DNA of 64,000 nt from the IMG/VR virus record IMGVR_UViG_3300043449_000929, positions 95 through 64,094 of that record; one strand, given 5' to 3'. This DNA comes from a virus (taxonomy: Duplodnaviria > Caudoviricetes). Under the pieces are notes generated by a model. The model worked only from the letters and a program-made list of their open reading frames with translations. It ran no database searches and had not been told where the DNA came from. Shown piece after piece: positions 29,399-38,877 of this stretch (positions within the stretch are counted from its first letter, which is position 1; each line of letters starts with the position of its first letter). A program made the position numbers and the translations under genes.

Positions 29399-30253
29399 TC
29401 AAATAGGCTTGTGCGAGAACCTAATATCTACAGGCGCGATGAGATCTTCGCCGCGCTTGCCCGCGCGATAGCGGTTTTTAACTAGGTGATAAGATAGGCC
29501 GTATTTATCTGCGATTTGGTGGCGATTAATAAACTCGCCTCTGATCTCAATCCTCTCGGCGTGCTGCTCGAAATAAGCCTTCTTACCCCGGCTAATCCCG
29601 ACTGACCGCTTAGCCATAACGTCTGGCCGCTTAGCCAACTCTGCGCTAATGATCCGGCGCTTCTCCCTGAGAGCGGGGTCGCGCATGGCCCGCGCGTGGT
29701 TATTCCTGCGCCGTGCTTCAATCTCCTTGTCGGCGCGCATTGCGTCTAATTGCTCAATGCGCTTTGCATAGACTTCAGGCTCACTTAGCTTCGCCTTCAA
29801 CGCCTCACTGTGGCGACGCTTTGAAGCACCAACTAACGGCGCGACGCAGTAACCGCCAAGATTAAGATTCGCAAGAGTGCCACCCTCATCAGTTATTCCG
29901 TAATGCTCAATCAGATGCTTCTCTAACGACAGGGCCTCGTCATTAGTCAGGCTCTCAATGATCTTGAATATCGGAAGATTGCCGTGCTTTTCGTAATCGG
30001 CGGCAAGAATGAAATTGGTATGTTTTCCGCCAGCAGCAGAATGCTTTCGAATACGTCTCCCGCTTCCCTTCCCTACGTATCTGGGTGTGCCGTCAGGCAA
30101 TAGGATTAGGTAGACGTAGCATCTACGCTCGGACTCAGTGCTTAATGAAACACAACGCAAAAACCGCTCGGCCTCGAACTTAGCAGTTCGCAGCGTTTCA
30201 GCGATCTTGTCTTCGGGGGATTGTGAGTCTAAGTAGTCTTCAGCCATCTTCAT
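29399..30253 (-). CDS. Free-standing GIY-YIG-family endonuclease
   Basis: YVYLI...PRYVGKGSGRR...H...EA..LE..LI...LAN; C-terminal IRGE...QIADKYG...G..GEDLIAP module like that of 25758-26588. Confidence 0.85.
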   Translation of the reverse strand: MKMAEDYLDSQSPEDKIAETLRTAKFEAERFLRCVSLSTESERRCYVYLILLPDGTPRYVGKGSGRRIRKHSAAGGKHTNFILAADYEKHGNLPIFKIIESLTNDEALSLEKHLIEHYGITDEGGTLANLNLGGYCVAPLVGASKRRHSEALKAKLSEPEVYAKRIEQLDAMRADKEIEARRRNNHARAMRDPALREKRRIISAELAKRPDVMAKRSVGISRGKKAYFEQHAERIEIRGEFINRHQIADKYGLSYHLVKNRYRAGKRGEDLIAPVDIRFSHKPI

Positions 30254-30415
30254 GCTCCTACATGATCTTGGTCAGAAGCAGGTGCAGGCGTTGGCGCGCC
30301 TCCCTGCTTCGTCTTTTATAGCGCTGTTTCTTCGTTACAGCAACACATACGCCAGCAGCACGAACACAGCCTGCATCGCAACAAACATACACATTATCCG
30401 CGCCACAGAAGCCAT

Positions 30416-30607
30416 CTAACGCATGGTGCAGCGAATACGCGCATATTCCTGCTCGCCAACGCCATTGACGCTGACGAGCGGGCCTGCCATCGACGGCCCG
30501 GCGCATCCGATCTGCTCGACATGGGTCTTGATGACCGCGCGGGCCGTCTGGTCATTGCATTCGCGAAGATCGAGGTTGGCCGCGCAGATCAGGATGACGA
30601 TGAGCAT
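30416..30607 (-). CDS. Small Cys-containing hypothetical protein
   Basis: 63-aa ORF in run of coupled minus-strand genes. Confidence 0.5.
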   Translation of the reverse strand: MLIVILICAANLDLRECNDQTARAVIKTHVEQIGCAGPSMAGPLVSVNGVGEQEYARIRCTMR

Positions 30608-30843
30608 TCTGTCTTGCCCCCGGCTATGGCGACCACATCAGCCGTCGTGGTTGTCTTGAACGAGCGGCGCAGAGAGGAGAGCATCATCATGCCCTCCTTT
30701 CTCATCGCCTTGTCTCGCTCCTTGGAGACGATTGCAAAGACTCGCTCGTAAGCGAAGGCGCGCGCCGCGATGGCGTCCTGCATATCTGGATCAATATATT
30801 CCAGTTCGAGACCGTCATCGTCGTCAACCATCTCAGCCTCCAC
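30589..30843 (-). CDS. Hypothetical protein
   Basis: Start lies within the 28-bp repeat (GGAGG then ATG at 30831 is the likelier start). Confidence 0.55.
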   Translation of the reverse strand: MEAEMVDDDDGLELEYIDPDMQDAIAARAFAYERVFAIVSKERDKAMRKEGMMMLSSLRRSFKTTTTADVVAIAGGKTECSSSS

Positions 30844-30852
30844 TCGGCTTGC
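30825..30852. repeat. 28-bp direct repeat, copy 1
   Basis: caaccatctcagcctccactcggcttgc identical at 32186-32213. Confidence 0.95.
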
Positions 30853-31114
30853 CCTCGTTCGTAAACCAGCATTGCCAGTCCTTTTGAAACTCGCTCAACC
30901 GTCCCTTGTCCGTTTTGACTTCCATTGCGCAAACCCTGCCTTGGCCAACGATGAGCAGGTCAGGAAATCCGCGAGCCAGACCAAAGCAGAAGTTGCCCGC
31001 CCTACCGCCAGCCGTGCGTATGCTTGCGTTCGGAACGGCTATGCAGCGCCAGCCATCATCAAGGATGATGTCGCATAACTGGACTATGGCACGCTGGATT
31101 TGGGCTTCGGTCAC
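30833..31114 (-). CDS. VRR-NUC domain nuclease, probably C-terminally truncated
   Basis: TEAQIQ..I, AVPN, GFPDL, MEVKT.KGRLS..Q motifs; ends inside the 28-bp repeat. Confidence 0.85.
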   Translation of the reverse strand: MTEAQIQRAIVQLCDIILDDGWRCIAVPNASIRTAGGRAGNFCFGLARGFPDLLIVGQGRVCAMEVKTDKGRLSEFQKDWQCWFTNEGKPSGG

Positions 31115-32175
31115 GCCGATGCCTCCTCAGAAAATGAAAAAAGGTCATGCGACTTCGCCGGCTTGGCGCATGACGGCGAAAACCAGATACACTCAGAATC
31201 GGTTGTTTTTGACCCGCCGTAAGTATGCTTTCCACGATCCCACTGGACAGCTTCCCATCCCGGCAAATCGTAGTCGTCACTGTGGCCGCAAATAGCTATT
31301 TTCAGGTGCGAGTTTTCGCGTGCCCATGTTTCAACGTGGCGGGCAACAGGCTCAGCAACGCCGTAAAGTTGCTCATAAGCAACGTATGGTGGGTCAAGAA
31401 ATACTGCGGTTTCGTTCCCACCGTAATGGCTGTTCAAGCACCTATCCCAAGAGCCGTGAACCACTCGGACTCGCTCTAATCGGTCCGCTAATTCATGAAG
31501 CCATCGCCAAGCGGTGCGGCCTCCAGAAGTAATTAATCCCCTGCCGGCGTCACTGGCGTGCGGAACCTGTCCGACTGCCTGTATCCCCATGCCGGCGTCA
31601 CTGGCGTGCGGAACCTGTCCGACTGCCTGTATCCCCATGCCGGCGTCACTGGCGTGCGGAACCTTCCCGACTGCCTGTATCCCCATGCCGGCAGAAGTGG
31701 CGTCATGACCTTCCCGACTGCCTGTATCCCCCTGCCGGCGTTTCCCGCGTGCGGAACCTGTCCGACTCCAATCGCACCATCCAGAGCCAATCCAGCAACA
31801 TTGCCCCCACAACCACCATCCGGCGACTTTCGCGTCTCCCGGCCAATCGCAATCAAGCAATCCGGCACCAATCGACTCCCGCTGGTCCATTAGCCATTGA
31901 TGGCGTGCGCCGAGGTCAATGTGAGAAACCGGATAATCAGCCCACTCTGCGACCTTGCTGGGCTGGTGCTTTGTTGCTCTCCAGAAATTTGCAATGAAGC
32001 CGTTTGCGTCGTTTACAACCTCAAGAGACGCAGGCGCGGGAGCAGCCAGCAACATTGCAGCGCTACCACAAAACGGCTCTATGTATTGCTTCGGACGCCC
32101 GAACCGTTCCCATACCATCTGGGAAACGGTCCGCTTGCCGCCGAAATATGGAAATGGCGCTTTAAGCTCGCTCAC
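31111..32175 (-). CDS. DNA adenine methyltransferase (Dam/D12 class) with internal tandem repeats
   Basis: PFPYFGGK, YIEPFCGS, EVVND, FLDPPY motifs. Confidence 0.92.
   Translation of the reverse strand: MSELKAPFPYFGGKRTVSQMVWERFGRPKQYIEPFCGSAAMLLAAPAPASLEVVNDANGFIANFWRATKHQPSKVAEWADYPVSHIDLGARHQWLMDQRESIGAGLLDCDWPGDAKVAGWWLWGQCCWIGSGWCDWSRTGSARGKRRQGDTGSREGHDATSAGMGIQAVGKVPHASDAGMGIQAVGQVPHASDAGMGIQAVGQVPHASDAGRGLITSGGRTAWRWLHELADRLERVRVVHGSWDRCLNSHYGGNETAVFLDPPYVAYEQLYGVAEPVARHVETWARENSHLKIAICGHSDDYDLPGWEAVQWDRGKHTYGGSKTTDSECIWFSPSCAKPAKSHDLFSFSEEASA
31536..31767. repeat. 48-bp tandem repeat (about 5 copies) in methyltransferase
   Basis: Unit encodes GIQAVG(Q/K)VPHASDAGM. Confidence 0.92.
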
Positions 32176-32185
32176 GCCGCCCTCA

Positions 32186-32213
32186 CAACCATCTCAGCCT
32201 CCACTCGGCTTGC
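32186..32213. repeat. 28-bp direct repeat, copy 2
   Basis: Identical to 30825-30852. Confidence 0.95.
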
Positions 32214-32391
32214 GCCTCACATATCCAGCAGGTATCGCGTTTTCCGCCTTGCGCAGTTGCGCGTTGATCTCAAGTAGCCATAGGCCCGCATCATAGAGTG
32301 CCGCCACTGGGTTCTGGTTATTCGCCTGGAGAAGCTGCTCAACGATTTCCTCCGCTTCGCTTCTCTCTTTTTGCACCACGTTCAGCATCAT
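32194..32391 (-). CDS. Hypothetical protein
   Basis: 65 aa, ends AGYVRRKPSGG. Confidence 0.6.
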   Translation of the reverse strand: MMLNVVQKERSEAEEIVEQLLQANNQNPVAALYDAGLWLLEINAQLRKAENAIPAGYVRRKPSGG

Positions 32392-33424
32392 AATCCGCCC
32401 TCAACGCATCTAGAAATTTCACTCCATGCTCAACGGTAGGCGCGCACCATACTCTTGCCCGCGAAGTCTCCGGCTCGCGCGGGTCAATGATGACAAGTGC
32501 AGAAGGGTGTATCGGAACCTTCTTCAGACCTAACTGGTGGGCATAATGGTCTACTACCTTGAAGCCCGACACACGGACTAACTGAGAGCAGACACCATCA
32601 GGCATAACCATGCCCTCATCCCCGCCTACGTGCAAATGCCCAGCAACGATCAGATGGTCACGATGACCGAAGAACACTTCACGCTTGGGACCATGCAAAA
32701 CATGGTAGATTGAGCGTCCCGCCATGTCGTGTCTGGCGTGTATGCGCGTCTTTGCTCCGCATGGATGGACAAGTTGCATACGAACGCCATGAGGTTCGTA
32801 AATGCTGTCAGCTTGGCGTGCGATCCAATCCAACGGATCACCATGCCCACTCCAAAGGTCATGGTTGCCAGCGATTATAAACAGCCATTGAATAGGGCTG
32901 ATAAGCCACTCGACAAGCTTCCACGACTCGCGCGCCGTGACATTCTGCTCGCCATAGAGACGACCTAGCCTTCCGATCCAGTTGTTGGAAACGTCACCGA
33001 TATTCCCGGCCAGAATATATGGGTGATCCATTGCAATCTGACGGTGCTTTGCAAGCGTGTCAAAATCGCACCCGTCAGCGTCAACGTGCGGATCACCGAA
33101 GATTAGTAACCCGAACGGGCCGTCTATATTGACAGGTATCTGGATAAGATCACGCGCGTCGTCAGCCTCTTTTGCCCTGCGCGAGATGTCGATCTTTTCT
33201 CTTACAAGTTCGTCAATCGTCCTCGATGACGATGGCAGTTCTGGTTTTACGAACTTTGCAGTCACGCTTGGATGACTGTTCATTCGAGACTGTAGGGTGC
33301 TGCGCGGGATACCTAGCTCCCGCGCCGCCTTCGATTGATTTATGCTGCCGTCTGGATTCCTAGTCCGGTTGATCGCTTGTCGCGTTGCAACAACATCTGT
33401 TTCTTTAAGGACGGGACCAGACAT
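32339..33424 (-). CDS. Calcineurin-like metallophosphoesterase with N-terminal HTH
   Basis: GDPH, GD, GNHD, GHLH motifs; NQSKAARELGIPRSTL. Confidence 0.85.
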   Translation of the reverse strand: MSGPVLKETDVVATRQAINRTRNPDGSINQSKAARELGIPRSTLQSRMNSHPSVTAKFVKPELPSSSRTIDELVREKIDISRRAKEADDARDLIQIPVNIDGPFGLLIFGDPHVDADGCDFDTLAKHRQIAMDHPYILAGNIGDVSNNWIGRLGRLYGEQNVTARESWKLVEWLISPIQWLFIIAGNHDLWSGHGDPLDWIARQADSIYEPHGVRMQLVHPCGAKTRIHARHDMAGRSIYHVLHGPKREVFFGHRDHLIVAGHLHVGGDEGMVMPDGVCSQLVRVSGFKVVDHYAHQLGLKKVPIHPSALVIIDPREPETSRARVWCAPTVEHGVKFLDALRADYDAERGAKREKRSGGNR

Positions 33425-33452
33425 ATCGCTCTCTCTTCTATTCGGAGTGCGT

Positions 33453-34364
33453 TCAGTTCATTCCGGCGAACCGCTCGAACGCGCCTTCAAAATCACCAGG
33501 ATCATCAGTCCGCACGACGTTGCTGCGCTTGGACGCGACCGGAGCTAACGCGGCAGCAGCCTTCTTCACGGCAGGAGACAGAGCTTTAGGCTGCGTCGGC
33601 GCAGCCGGGGCGACCGGCGCGGGCGGCGGCGCACTCTCCGCACGATAGCGGTTAATCAGATCAGCAACCTGCTGCGGCGTGCCGCGCTGGATCACCTGCT
33701 GATACGCGCCACGCAGATAGTCAGGCTGGTTGTTTGCCCACTCGACAACCTTGTCTCGAATGTCGTCGTAGTCAGTCACCTGTTCATGTAGTTTTGCTAC
33801 GTGCATCTCCTGCCGCATCTGCATGACTTGCTGAGCGACGGGGCGAAACTCCTGGGCAAACTCTTTGAAGATGTGATTGACGATAGCGTGTGCCTGTTCC
33901 TTGGCGCGCAGATCCATCGCCTTCGCAACGTCAGGCCACTCCTTCTCAAACGCCTGAAGCGTCTGAACGTCTTCCTGCGTCAGGACGGGCTGCGGCTCGT
34001 AAGCCTGCGGCTGCGGCTCATACTGAGGCTGCTGCGGGGGCTGAACCTTCTCTTTTACCGCCTGCGCAAGACGGTCGATAATGTCCTGCTCGGAAGGCTT
34101 TTCAGGCTCTTTTTGCGCAGGGGTTTCGGCTTCCTTAGCAACATCCTCATCGACCGCATCCACTGACTCAGAAGCGGCGCCTGAAACATCCGGCTCAGAT
34201 GGTTCATCGGCAGTATCTCCCCCAGCGGGAGGCGCAACCTCTTCAGCAACAGGCTGCGCCGTATCTGCCGCGAGGGGCGGCGGCGCTTCACCAGTCTCTG
34301 CCAATCTGTCGAACGCTGCGGTAAAGGACTCATCACTCTCAATCTTCTCTTCTTCGACGCTCAT
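33453..34364 (-). CDS. Putative capsid scaffolding protein
   Basis: Acidic Pro/Ala-rich N-terminus, helical core, ends DFEGAFERFA; between portal and capsid. Confidence 0.7.
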   Translation of the reverse strand: MSVEEEKIESDESFTAAFDRLAETGEAPPPLAADTAQPVAEEVAPPAGGDTADEPSEPDVSGAASESVDAVDEDVAKEAETPAQKEPEKPSEQDIIDRLAQAVKEKVQPPQQPQYEPQPQAYEPQPVLTQEDVQTLQAFEKEWPDVAKAMDLRAKEQAHAIVNHIFKEFAQEFRPVAQQVMQMRQEMHVAKLHEQVTDYDDIRDKVVEWANNQPDYLRGAYQQVIQRGTPQQVADLINRYRAESAPPPAPVAPAAPTQPKALSPAVKKAAAALAPVASKRSNVVRTDDPGDFEGAFERFAGMN

Positions 34365-34657
34365 CAGCTACCCCTGATAGGCGGGCGTGTGATCATGCGT
34401 TCGAGATCATCGAACGCCCTCACGCGGCCCTGATATTCCTTGAATCGGCTCTCTTCACAAGACGCTAAGTCTTCAAGGCAATTAGCGCGCAGGTTCCTGA
34501 TCAAGTCCAATAAGGTCTGGACTTCATACGAACCCATCGCTTCGTGGAGCTTCTTGCATTGCTCCTGCTGTTCCACTCTCTTGCTTTGCTGGCTCAAGTC
34601 CTGCCTCCAGTATGTCGAGTGCAGCTTTAGTTTTCGTGGCATCGGCGTTCGCATCAT
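34364..34657 (-). CDS. Small conserved protein downstream of portal (true start probably further 3')
   Basis: YQGRVRAFDDL motif typical of this position. Confidence 0.55.
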   Translation of the reverse strand: MMRTPMPRKLKLHSTYWRQDLSQQSKRVEQQEQCKKLHEAMGSYEVQTLLDLIRNLRANCLEDLASCEESRFKEYQGRVRAFDDLERMITRPPIRGS

Positions 34658-36671
34658 TCTTCTGGGCTTGCGCGATGTTCTTCACGGCGTCAGACAGAAG
34701 CTTGCGGACATTCGCCTCAACCATCTTCGCGTTCTGCTCAGCCTGCATCTGCTGCGCCTGATCGCTCGCAGCCTTGCGACGGCTCGCCTCATCAGGAGAC
34801 ACAAGAAGGTTCTGAAGATCACGCACAGCAAAGCGCTGCTCGACGAACTTACGCTCATCAACGTGCGTCATCTCTTCTGGACGCAGGCTCATCGCCAATT
34901 GGTCGATCTGCATCCCGCGCACTTCCTTCGCGATGAGCGAAGTCGCTCCGCGAGCAATCACGTTGTAGTCGCCAGCCGGAGCAAGGTCTGGATTGAACAG
35001 ACGGTTGAAGTGGACAAGGCTCTGAATGATCGACTGCGTGAAGCTGTCGAAGTTCCTGATAATGTCCTTGAACGGCAGAGCAGCGTCACCACGCAGCATT
35101 GAAGCCCCAGCCGCTGTCCTCATCGGCTCGGATGGCATCGAGCCACGCTCCATGTCGCCGCCAGTCGCGGGACCAACAAACGTCTCCGCGTCAGCGAACC
35201 GCATGAACAGTTCGATGATCTGGAGAAGTTCGGGGAGATGGCTGTCGATCTGGACATTGCGAACGGCAGGCTGAGAGGCGTCAGCGCCTGAACCTTCGCG
35301 ATACCAAATCTTGTAGGCGCTTGTGGACGCCAAGTCTTGGTCTGGTCGTAACAGATCTGTGTTCAGCTCCAGATTAGGGCCGCAAACCACAGACGCATTA
35401 TCAAGGAGCATCCGTGACGCAGCGCAGATAGACATCTGAGAATCGCGGATAACATTGGGGAGACCATTTCCGATTGGAGCCGTATCGTCTTCGTCAAAGA
35501 TAAACGTGTGCAGTGTCTTCACATCAACGCCCAAAGACCGCCACGGGTTCATGTCGGCGCGAATGACGTTGCCGTCGATCATCCAGACTTCAGCGTCAAT
35601 GTCGTCGGCCTCGGAGCCTTCTTCAATCTCAACGCCAGCCTGCTTCAGCAGCGCGCCAGACACGGGGCCATTCCACACGATGACTTCGTATTTCGTCCCG
35701 TCAGACTTCATCTCATTGACGTTGACCTTCACGCCCAACGCGCGGATCTCTGTCTCAAACGGCTGCGGCTTATAATTCCCGTTGGCGTTGCGTTTCAGAT
35801 ATTCGGTGATCTGGTCAGCGAAAAAGCCGGGGCGTTCACGCAGCTTCTTCACCTGCGGACGCGACATGACGTAGCGGCGGAAGTAGCCGTCCATCTGCGG
35901 AATCGTCTTCGCAGACAGGTCGAGATACAGATCCCACACCGGGACGAACTCAAACTGCGGCTTGTAAATCTCCCTCGTCTGCGGCATCGGCATACCGCTA
36001 TACGGGTCCATCTCCCACGACGTAGACTGCTCGACGCGCGCAAACGGGCCAATCAAAGCGCCAAGGCCGTAGAGAATGCCAGACTTCAGCGCAGACCTGT
36101 TTAGCGCGATGTAGTCGTAGGTCTGGTCGCCGCCTAGCTCCTGAAGCTGATCGTCGATGACGACAGACATCTGGTCGGCGCGTTCCTGGGCAAGCTTATC
36201 GACAGCCTGCTTGATCAGTTCCGGCGTGATCGGCATCTGGACGCCGGTCTGCTGGTTCTGCATCATAATCTGCTGGATCGCCGCCATGACATCCTGCGGA
36301 TCAATGTCAGGAGACGGAGACGCTTCTAGCGACCAGTTCCTTTCATTGCCGGGGAACATCAGCGCCATGATTCTTGAAAGAACCGAGATCGTTTTGATGC
36401 GCGTGATACGCGGATAAGCGCGCGAACGGTTGGCGCTCATCTCGCGGTCAATGTCAGGATCGTAAATACCGAGATACTGGCGCAGGTTGCGCAGCCACTT
36501 CAGTTCTTGAATACGCCTGTCGCTGACGTAGGACTTGAACGTGCTGTTCAACTTGTCGCCTAGCTGGCGAAGATCCTCTGAACGGACAACCGGCGTAGGA
36601 GCAGTCTCAGGCGCATTCACCATTACGTCGGGCGGTGACAGTTCCGCTTGAGCTTGCGCAGGCATAACCAT
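34524..36671 (-). CDS. Portal protein
   Basis: 715 aa immediately after terminase; WLRNLRQY.G.Y, GILYGLG, GNGLP..IRD.Q, RTAAGASML. Confidence 0.88.
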   Translation of the reverse strand: MVMPAQAQAELSPPDVMVNAPETAPTPVVRSEDLRQLGDKLNSTFKSYVSDRRIQELKWLRNLRQYLGIYDPDIDREMSANRSRAYPRITRIKTISVLSRIMALMFPGNERNWSLEASPSPDIDPQDVMAAIQQIMMQNQQTGVQMPITPELIKQAVDKLAQERADQMSVVIDDQLQELGGDQTYDYIALNRSALKSGILYGLGALIGPFARVEQSTSWEMDPYSGMPMPQTREIYKPQFEFVPVWDLYLDLSAKTIPQMDGYFRRYVMSRPQVKKLRERPGFFADQITEYLKRNANGNYKPQPFETEIRALGVKVNVNEMKSDGTKYEVIVWNGPVSGALLKQAGVEIEEGSEADDIDAEVWMIDGNVIRADMNPWRSLGVDVKTLHTFIFDEDDTAPIGNGLPNVIRDSQMSICAASRMLLDNASVVCGPNLELNTDLLRPDQDLASTSAYKIWYREGSGADASQPAVRNVQIDSHLPELLQIIELFMRFADAETFVGPATGGDMERGSMPSEPMRTAAGASMLRGDAALPFKDIIRNFDSFTQSIIQSLVHFNRLFNPDLAPAGDYNVIARGATSLIAKEVRGMQIDQLAMSLRPEEMTHVDERKFVEQRFAVRDLQNLLVSPDEASRRKAASDQAQQMQAEQNAKMVEANVRKLLSDAVKNIAQAQKNDANADATKTKAALDILEAGLEPAKQESGTAGAMQEAPRSDGFV

Positions 36672-36744
36672 CCACTACCCCTGGTATCTGGACATATCAC
36701 AGACACCATTAGTGGTAATTCCGCCCCCCTGTAAAATAAGGACG

Positions 36745-38163
36745 TTAGCGGAAATGGTAGCCGTTGTTCGTGAAGCGCGGCGGCTGGAATGACTTCCGCC
36801 CTACAGCGCCATACCGCATCTCCCGCTCGGACTGCTTGTGGAAGTAGCGGGCGAGATAGCCGAACGCATCGGCGGGATGAGAGTAGGCGTTCTTCTCAGG
36901 AACCGGCCCCTTGAACTCGTCGTTCTTGGTGTTGATGGCGAAGCGCCAACCTCCCCTCAACGCGCGAACGAGAACCGGACATTCCTTCTCGTCAATCAGC
37001 AGAGCCGCGCCGCCTTCGACAAGGCGCGTCGTGAAGTGGTCGATGGCGTCTAGGCGCAGAGGCAATCTGTTGTTCGACTCTGGCTTGGCGGTGAAGTAGC
37101 GCCGAATGACATCGACGACCGCCTTCTCATCAGTCTGCGTCCTGTTCGCGGACGCCGGATCTGGCGCGCAGATAATGTCGTGGGCTTCTGGGAAACGACG
37201 CCGGATATATGGCTTCAGCAATTCCTCGATGAAGCGCTGCGTTCCAACGCCCTCCGTAATCACCTCGCCAAGCACGATCAACCTGCCACGCAAATCCTGC
37301 TGACCAAAGATCGCCGCCGTCCCGCCGAGGCCGGGGTCGAAGCCAAACACCAGCGGCAGGTTTGGATTAAACAGCAGAGATTTCTTTGAGATGTGCAGAT
37401 CAGGCTTGAACGACGAGACGACTGGCTTACCGGCAGCGGAGAAACCCCAGACGCACTCGACGTATTGCTTGATCCACTCGTCCTTCTTGCCCTGTATCGC
37501 GCTGTCGTAATAGCTGGGCGGAAGGTTCTCAAGGTTCTCAGCTTCAGGAGATAAACCGGACGGCTGAACAAAGTATCGCGCGTTGTCTGGCAGTTCGTTG
37601 TGTAGATACGTAAACCACCAATTATCTTCTGTCGATGGGTTGCTTGATCCAAAGATACCGAAGTTTGTTGCGCCGCCATCTTTCTTGGAAGGATAACGAC
37701 CAACACGTGCAGACAGGGCGTCAATGATTGCGCGGGGAATCTCGACGAACTCGTCGATGATCGCGAACGTCACTTCCAACGAAAGAACGCGCGCAACGTC
37801 GTCTGCCGTGTCTAAGGGCCGGAAGAGAACCTCACACTCAACATCGTCGTAGCGGAGCGTGAACTTATTCTCGGACGCGCGCCACGAACCAGCCTCGCCG
37901 TCCTTGAACCAGTAGTTCCATGAGGTGATCGTCGTATCGCGCAACTGAGGCAGCGTATTACGAACGATAACGGCGCGCGTTCTACGTATGCCATCCGGCC
38001 CTGGCGCTTGCAGCTTCGCCATGTAGACAAGCTTGAAGAAGTCGCCCGTCGTCTTGCCGGAGCCGACAGGGCCAACGATCCACGAATAGAACAGCTTGTT
38101 CGGGATGAAGTGCGTAATAAATTCCCGCACTGTCGGCGGCGGCTTGTAGTCTATTGCAGCCAT
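36745..38163 (-). CDS. terL: Terminase large subunit
   Basis: Walker A GPVGSGKT, Walker B IIDE, SSNP, nuclease GFDPG, SHPADA. Confidence 0.93.
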   Translation of the reverse strand: MAAIDYKPPPTVREFITHFIPNKLFYSWIVGPVGSGKTTGDFFKLVYMAKLQAPGPDGIRRTRAVIVRNTLPQLRDTTITSWNYWFKDGEAGSWRASENKFTLRYDDVECEVLFRPLDTADDVARVLSLEVTFAIIDEFVEIPRAIIDALSARVGRYPSKKDGGATNFGIFGSSNPSTEDNWWFTYLHNELPDNARYFVQPSGLSPEAENLENLPPSYYDSAIQGKKDEWIKQYVECVWGFSAAGKPVVSSFKPDLHISKKSLLFNPNLPLVFGFDPGLGGTAAIFGQQDLRGRLIVLGEVITEGVGTQRFIEELLKPYIRRRFPEAHDIICAPDPASANRTQTDEKAVVDVIRRYFTAKPESNNRLPLRLDAIDHFTTRLVEGGAALLIDEKECPVLVRALRGGWRFAINTKNDEFKGPVPEKNAYSHPADAFGYLARYFHKQSEREMRYGAVGRKSFQPPRFTNNGYHFR

Positions 38164-38511
38164 AGCACTCTCTCTGTGCAAAACACGCTCACGACGGCCA
38201 GGAAGAGAGAGAGAGAGAACCAGCCGCCGCGAGCGTGCCGCCCGTGGGCAATTCACAGTAATCTTTTGTAGAATTGAACGTCAAATAGTGTGGTATGCCT
38301 ATTCAAGGAGATTGCGCCATGACCATAGAGTTTCGGGAAACAGCCGCTACTTACCCATCGGTAGATTCCGCCACCACGGGCCGTAAGCCGGGAACAGTTC
38401 GTCAAACTTTGGCTGACCTGGACTCGATTCTAGTGTTTCGACCGGAGACACATAATTTCGTAACGACGGGCCAACATTCCGACGCATCTCGCCAAGTCGA
38501 GCATTTGCATC

Positions 38512-38877
38512 TTAGCTAAACGTGCCAACCGCAATCACGCTGACGTTCGCGCCAGTCGTCACCTTCCACGGGCCTGTCACAGCCTTCAGGCCAAGCGGAA
38601 TCCAGAACGGCGTCAGGTTCGACACAGAAGTCGCGCCGCCCGTAAACACCGTGATCGACGTTGCGCCGTCCAGCAGCAACACGTTGCCTGGAGAAGTCGT
38701 CGCCGGGATAACCAGAAGGCCAGTGATCCTGTCGCCAGCGCCGCCCGTAACGCCAATCACCTGCGCCGTCTGAGACGCCGCGACAGTCTCATACATGCCC
38801 TGATCAGGAGCGGCAGGCATCGGGTTAAACCCGTCAGCAAGAACAGAGGCGCGGCCCCACGCTACGGCTTCAGGCAT
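38512..38877 (-). CDS. Hypothetical protein
   Basis: GGAG upstream; beta-rich ORF. Confidence 0.65.
   Translation of the reverse strand: MPEAVAWGRASVLADGFNPMPAAPDQGMYETVAASQTAQVIGVTGGAGDRITGLLVIPATTSPGNVLLLDGATSITVFTGGATSVSNLTPFWIPLGLKAVTGPWKVTTGANVSVIAVGTFS

Noticed and set aside
31536-31767. Mini-CRISPR in the methyltransferase
   Set aside because: Units are head-to-tail tandem copies with no unique spacers
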